This document shows, in pieces, positions 36,004-37,959 of a DNA stretch of 37,959 nt. Source of the stretch: an uncultured Bacilli bacterium. Lineage in GTDB: Bacteria; Bacillota_I; Bacilli_A; RF39; UBA660. Location of the stretch: positions 1-37,959 of the forward strand of contig CANRGD010000004.1 of NCBI GenBank assembly GCA_947630105.1. Direction: 5' to 3'. The notes beneath the pieces are model-generated. The model saw only the letters and a list, made by a program, of their open reading frames with translations. It did not search any database and was not told where the DNA came from. How positions within the stretch are numbered: the first letter of the stretch is position 1; the number at the start of each line of letters is the position of its first letter. The translations under genes were made by a program, and so were the position numbers.

Positions 36004-37377
36004 ATGAACGAAAATATATTTGATAAGTTAGATTTTGGTCCATTAAAATCATTATTAGATAATGATGATATTACAGATATCTCTTATGATAATAATGGGC
36101 AAATTTGGATTCGATCATTAACTCAAGGATCAATGCGTGTTGAAGTTGAAGGGGCAACTCCAGAATTTATCGAAAAACTAGCTTTTCAGTGTTCAAATGT
36201 TATGGGAACAACATTTAATAATGCTAAACCATTTTTAGATGCTGAATCTGCCGAATTACGTCTTAACTTTGTTCATCAGTCTATAGCAACAAATGGTATT
36301 GCACTGGTTATTCGTAAAACACCAGCTAAAATTAGACTGGAGAAAGAAAAGTTATTAAAAGAAGATTATTTTACTAATGATATTCATGATTTATTAATTA
36401 AATGTGTTCAAGGACATTGTAATATTATGGTGGCTGGAGAAACTGGTTCTGGTAAAACAGAATTTGTTAAGTATTTAGCTAGTCATACTAAAACGGATGA
36501 AAAAATTATTACAATTGAGGATACTTTGGAATTACATTTAGATAAAATTTTTCCTCAACGAGATATTGTAGCAATGAAAACAAATAATGTTGCTAGTTAC
36601 ACTGATGTTTTAGTTACTTGTATGCGACAAAATCCAAAATGGATTTTACTATCTGAAGTTCGTAGTGCTGAAGCAGTTTCTGCTGTTCGTAATTCAATAT
36701 CTTCAGGACATAATATTTTATCTACAATTCATGCTGATAAAGCTTCAGCTATTCCTTATCGTTTATATTCTTTAATGGAAACAGATTTGGATGTTAACCA
36801 ATTTTTATCTACAATTTATCGGTATATTCAATTAGGAGTGCATATAAAAGCTTATTACAGTAAACAATATGGAAAATTTCACAGGGAAGTTGATGAAGTT
36901 ACAGAATTTTATGTTGATGAAGATAATGTTCCTAAGTCGAGGACAATTTATCAAAAGATTTATGGGCAAAGTCCTATGATGTGTAAACCTAGTGCTCATT
37001 TAATAGAGTACTTAGAAAATCAAAATATAGATATAAGTTCTATTATTGCAAGATTACCTGATGAGTTACCAATTAGGGAACAAGGCGAATATGAATTTGA
37101 AAATGTGACTTCCCCTACTGGGGAAAAAGATACAATTAACACACAAAGTAATATTCAACAAAATTCTGAAATTCAGCAGACAACAAATGTGTCTCAACCA
37201 AAGCAAAGTAGTGAAAGTACTCAAGAAAATAGTAGTGCTTCTACTCCTGTTATTCAACCAATTAAAACTGATACTTTGCCAACGATAACACCTGTAGAAA
37301 CAACACAAAATACTCAGAGTGTAGTTCAACCACTTAATTCATCACCAAATGTAAATATTACTAAACTTGATGGATAG
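36004..37377 (+). CDS. CpaF/TadA/VirB11-family secretion ATPase with a ~90-aa Gln/Ser/Thr/Pro-rich C-terminal tail
   Basis: Walker A 'VAGETGSGKTEFVKYL' (nt ~36433-36460), 'ITIEDTLEL', Walker B/Asp box 'NPKWILLSEVRSAEA', His box 'GHNILSTIHA'. The tail runs from ~37080. Confidence 0.85.
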   Translation: MNENIFDKLDFGPLKSLLDNDDITDISYDNNGQIWIRSLTQGSMRVEVEGATPEFIEKLAFQCSNVMGTTFNNAKPFLDAESAELRLNFVHQSIATNGIALVIRKTPAKIRLEKEKLLKEDYFTNDIHDLLIKCVQGHCNIMVAGETGSGKTEFVKYLASHTKTDEKIITIEDTLELHLDKIFPQRDIVAMKTNNVASYTDVLVTCMRQNPKWILLSEVRSAEAVSAVRNSISSGHNILSTIHADKASAIPYRLYSLMETDLDVNQFLSTIYRYIQLGVHIKAYYSKQYGKFHREVDEVTEFYVDEDNVPKSRTIYQKIYGQSPMMCKPSAHLIEYLENQNIDISSIIARLPDELPIREQGEYEFENVTSPTGEKDTINTQSNIQQNSEIQQTTNVSQPKQSSESTQENSSASTPVIQPIKTDTLPTITPVETTQNTQSVVQPLNSSPNVNITKLDG

Positions 37378-37390
37378 AAAGGAGATTTTT

Positions 37391-37959
37391 ATGTATATAG
37401 AAGAATTATTAATTATAGTTATTTTTATAGTCTGTATTTATTTATATCGTAATTATAAAGGCCAGAATGTTGGAAAATATATAGTTAATCAATTTCAAGT
37501 TATGTATGATAGATTTGCTCCTTATTCATTTAAAATGGTGAGAGAGAAAACTAAACAATTAGGGCAAGAATACACAGCAAGGCAATATATGATACAAATA
37601 TTAGTTATAGCTGGATTTACAGCAGTGGTTACTTATTTATATTTTTATAATTTAGTTATAAGTATATTTTATGTAGTGGTTTCTATTATGTTTGTACCAT
37701 ATTTATCTTATTTAAGATGTAAAAGAGTATATAGTGAATTTTTATTTGAACAAGTTCAAGTTTATACTACTAATACGATTATGGAGTTTGCAACTACTCA
37801 ATCTTTTGTAAAAGCATTAGAAGGTGTTAGAAATTCTGGAGTATTAGAAGATCCTGTAAAAAGAGATGTTTCTCATATGATTGAACTTGCATATCAAAAT
37901 GGTACTATTGAGGAATCACTAGATTATATGAATAATTTATATCCTTATTTTATTGTTAA
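37391..37959 (+). CDS. TadB/TadC-like type II secretion system F-family membrane protein, 3'-partial (runs off the window)
   Basis: SD AAGGAG 7 nt before ATG 37391, and the frame is open to the last base. TM helices are followed by 'FEQVQVYTTNTIMEFATTQSFVKALEGVRNSGVLEDPVKRDVSHMIELAYQNGTIEESLDYM', the T2SS-F cytoplasmic pattern. Not in the supplied ORF track because no stop lies inside the window. Confidence 0.7.
   Translation, partial: MYIEELLIIVIFIVCIYLYRNYKGQNVGKYIVNQFQVMYDRFAPYSFKMVREKTKQLGQEYTARQYMIQILVIAGFTAVVTYLYFYNLVISIFYVVVSIMFVPYLSYLRCKRVYSEFLFEQVQVYTTNTIMEFATTQSFVKALEGVRNSGVLEDPVKRDVSHMIELAYQNGTIEESLDYMNNLYPYFIV

Noticed and set aside
37066-37329. 87-aa minus-strand ORF
   Set aside because: It is antisense to the low-complexity tail of the CpaF-like ATPase. 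It has no SD and is an AT-rich shadow frame.
20116-37959. Conjugative element / type IV secretion system interpretation (VirB11-like ATPase, NlpC/P60 hydrolase, VirB2-like helices)
   Set aside because: No relaxase, VirD4 coupling protein, VirB4, integrase or repeat boundaries were seen. The ATPase is flanked by CpaB-like and T2SS-F-like genes, which favours a Tad-type system. The hydrolase sits 15 kb away inside a housekeeping block.
1-37959. Mycoplasma-type genetic code (TGA = Trp) given the very low GC and short DnaE
   Set aside because: Several well-supported genes terminate at TGA at the expected length (13823, 24728, 25869, 27458), and Trp is encoded by TGG. The standard bacterial code fits.

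Overview
AT-rich (about three-quarters A+T by eye) chromosomal segment of a low-GC Firmicute type, probably Erysipelotrichia-like. The standard code applies: TGA is used as a stop, for example at 13823, 24728 and 27458. I call 37 protein genes, 36 on the + strand, with short gaps or overlaps and strong GGAGG/GAGGTG Shine-Dalgarno sites. The only minus-strand gene is rpmB (L28). No rRNA, tRNA, CRISPR array, transposase, integrase or recombinase was recognised.

The window has three parts.

(1) nt 2-7282 is accessory-looking. It holds a 5'-truncated large multidomain protein (HExxH motif plus a tentative HopA1/lyase-like C-terminal domain), four small coupled ORFs, a lipoprotein, a SAM methyltransferase, an RluA-type pseudouridine synthase, and a membrane-anchored Pro/Val-rich protein built on near-perfect 54-bp tandem repeats.

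(2) nt 7383-26465 is a housekeeping core: rpmB, dnaE, lspA, rluD, an adenylate-forming enzyme, an orphan hybrid histidine kinase, a rhomboid protease, then the Bacillus-type block ireB-ruvX-DUF1292-mltG-trmR...U32-U32...greA. That block is interrupted by a three-gene envelope cassette: a membrane-anchored NlpC/P60 hydrolase and two bitopic proteins.

(3) nt ~26543-37959 is the most interesting part. It is a tightly coupled operon ending in a Tad-type core (CpaB/RcpC-like, CpaF/TadA-like ATPase, TadB/T2SS-F-like protein cut by the window edge). Upstream of that core are non-canonical genes: a polytopic membrane protein, a bitopic Ig-like (DUF5011-type) protein, a class B sortase with no visible substrate, a 977-aa secreted protein with about 29 cysteines, and a small bitopic protein. 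No Flp prepilin, prepilin peptidase or TadZ/CpaE is visible inside the window.

All functional calls come from motif recognition by eye and need HMM or structure confirmation.
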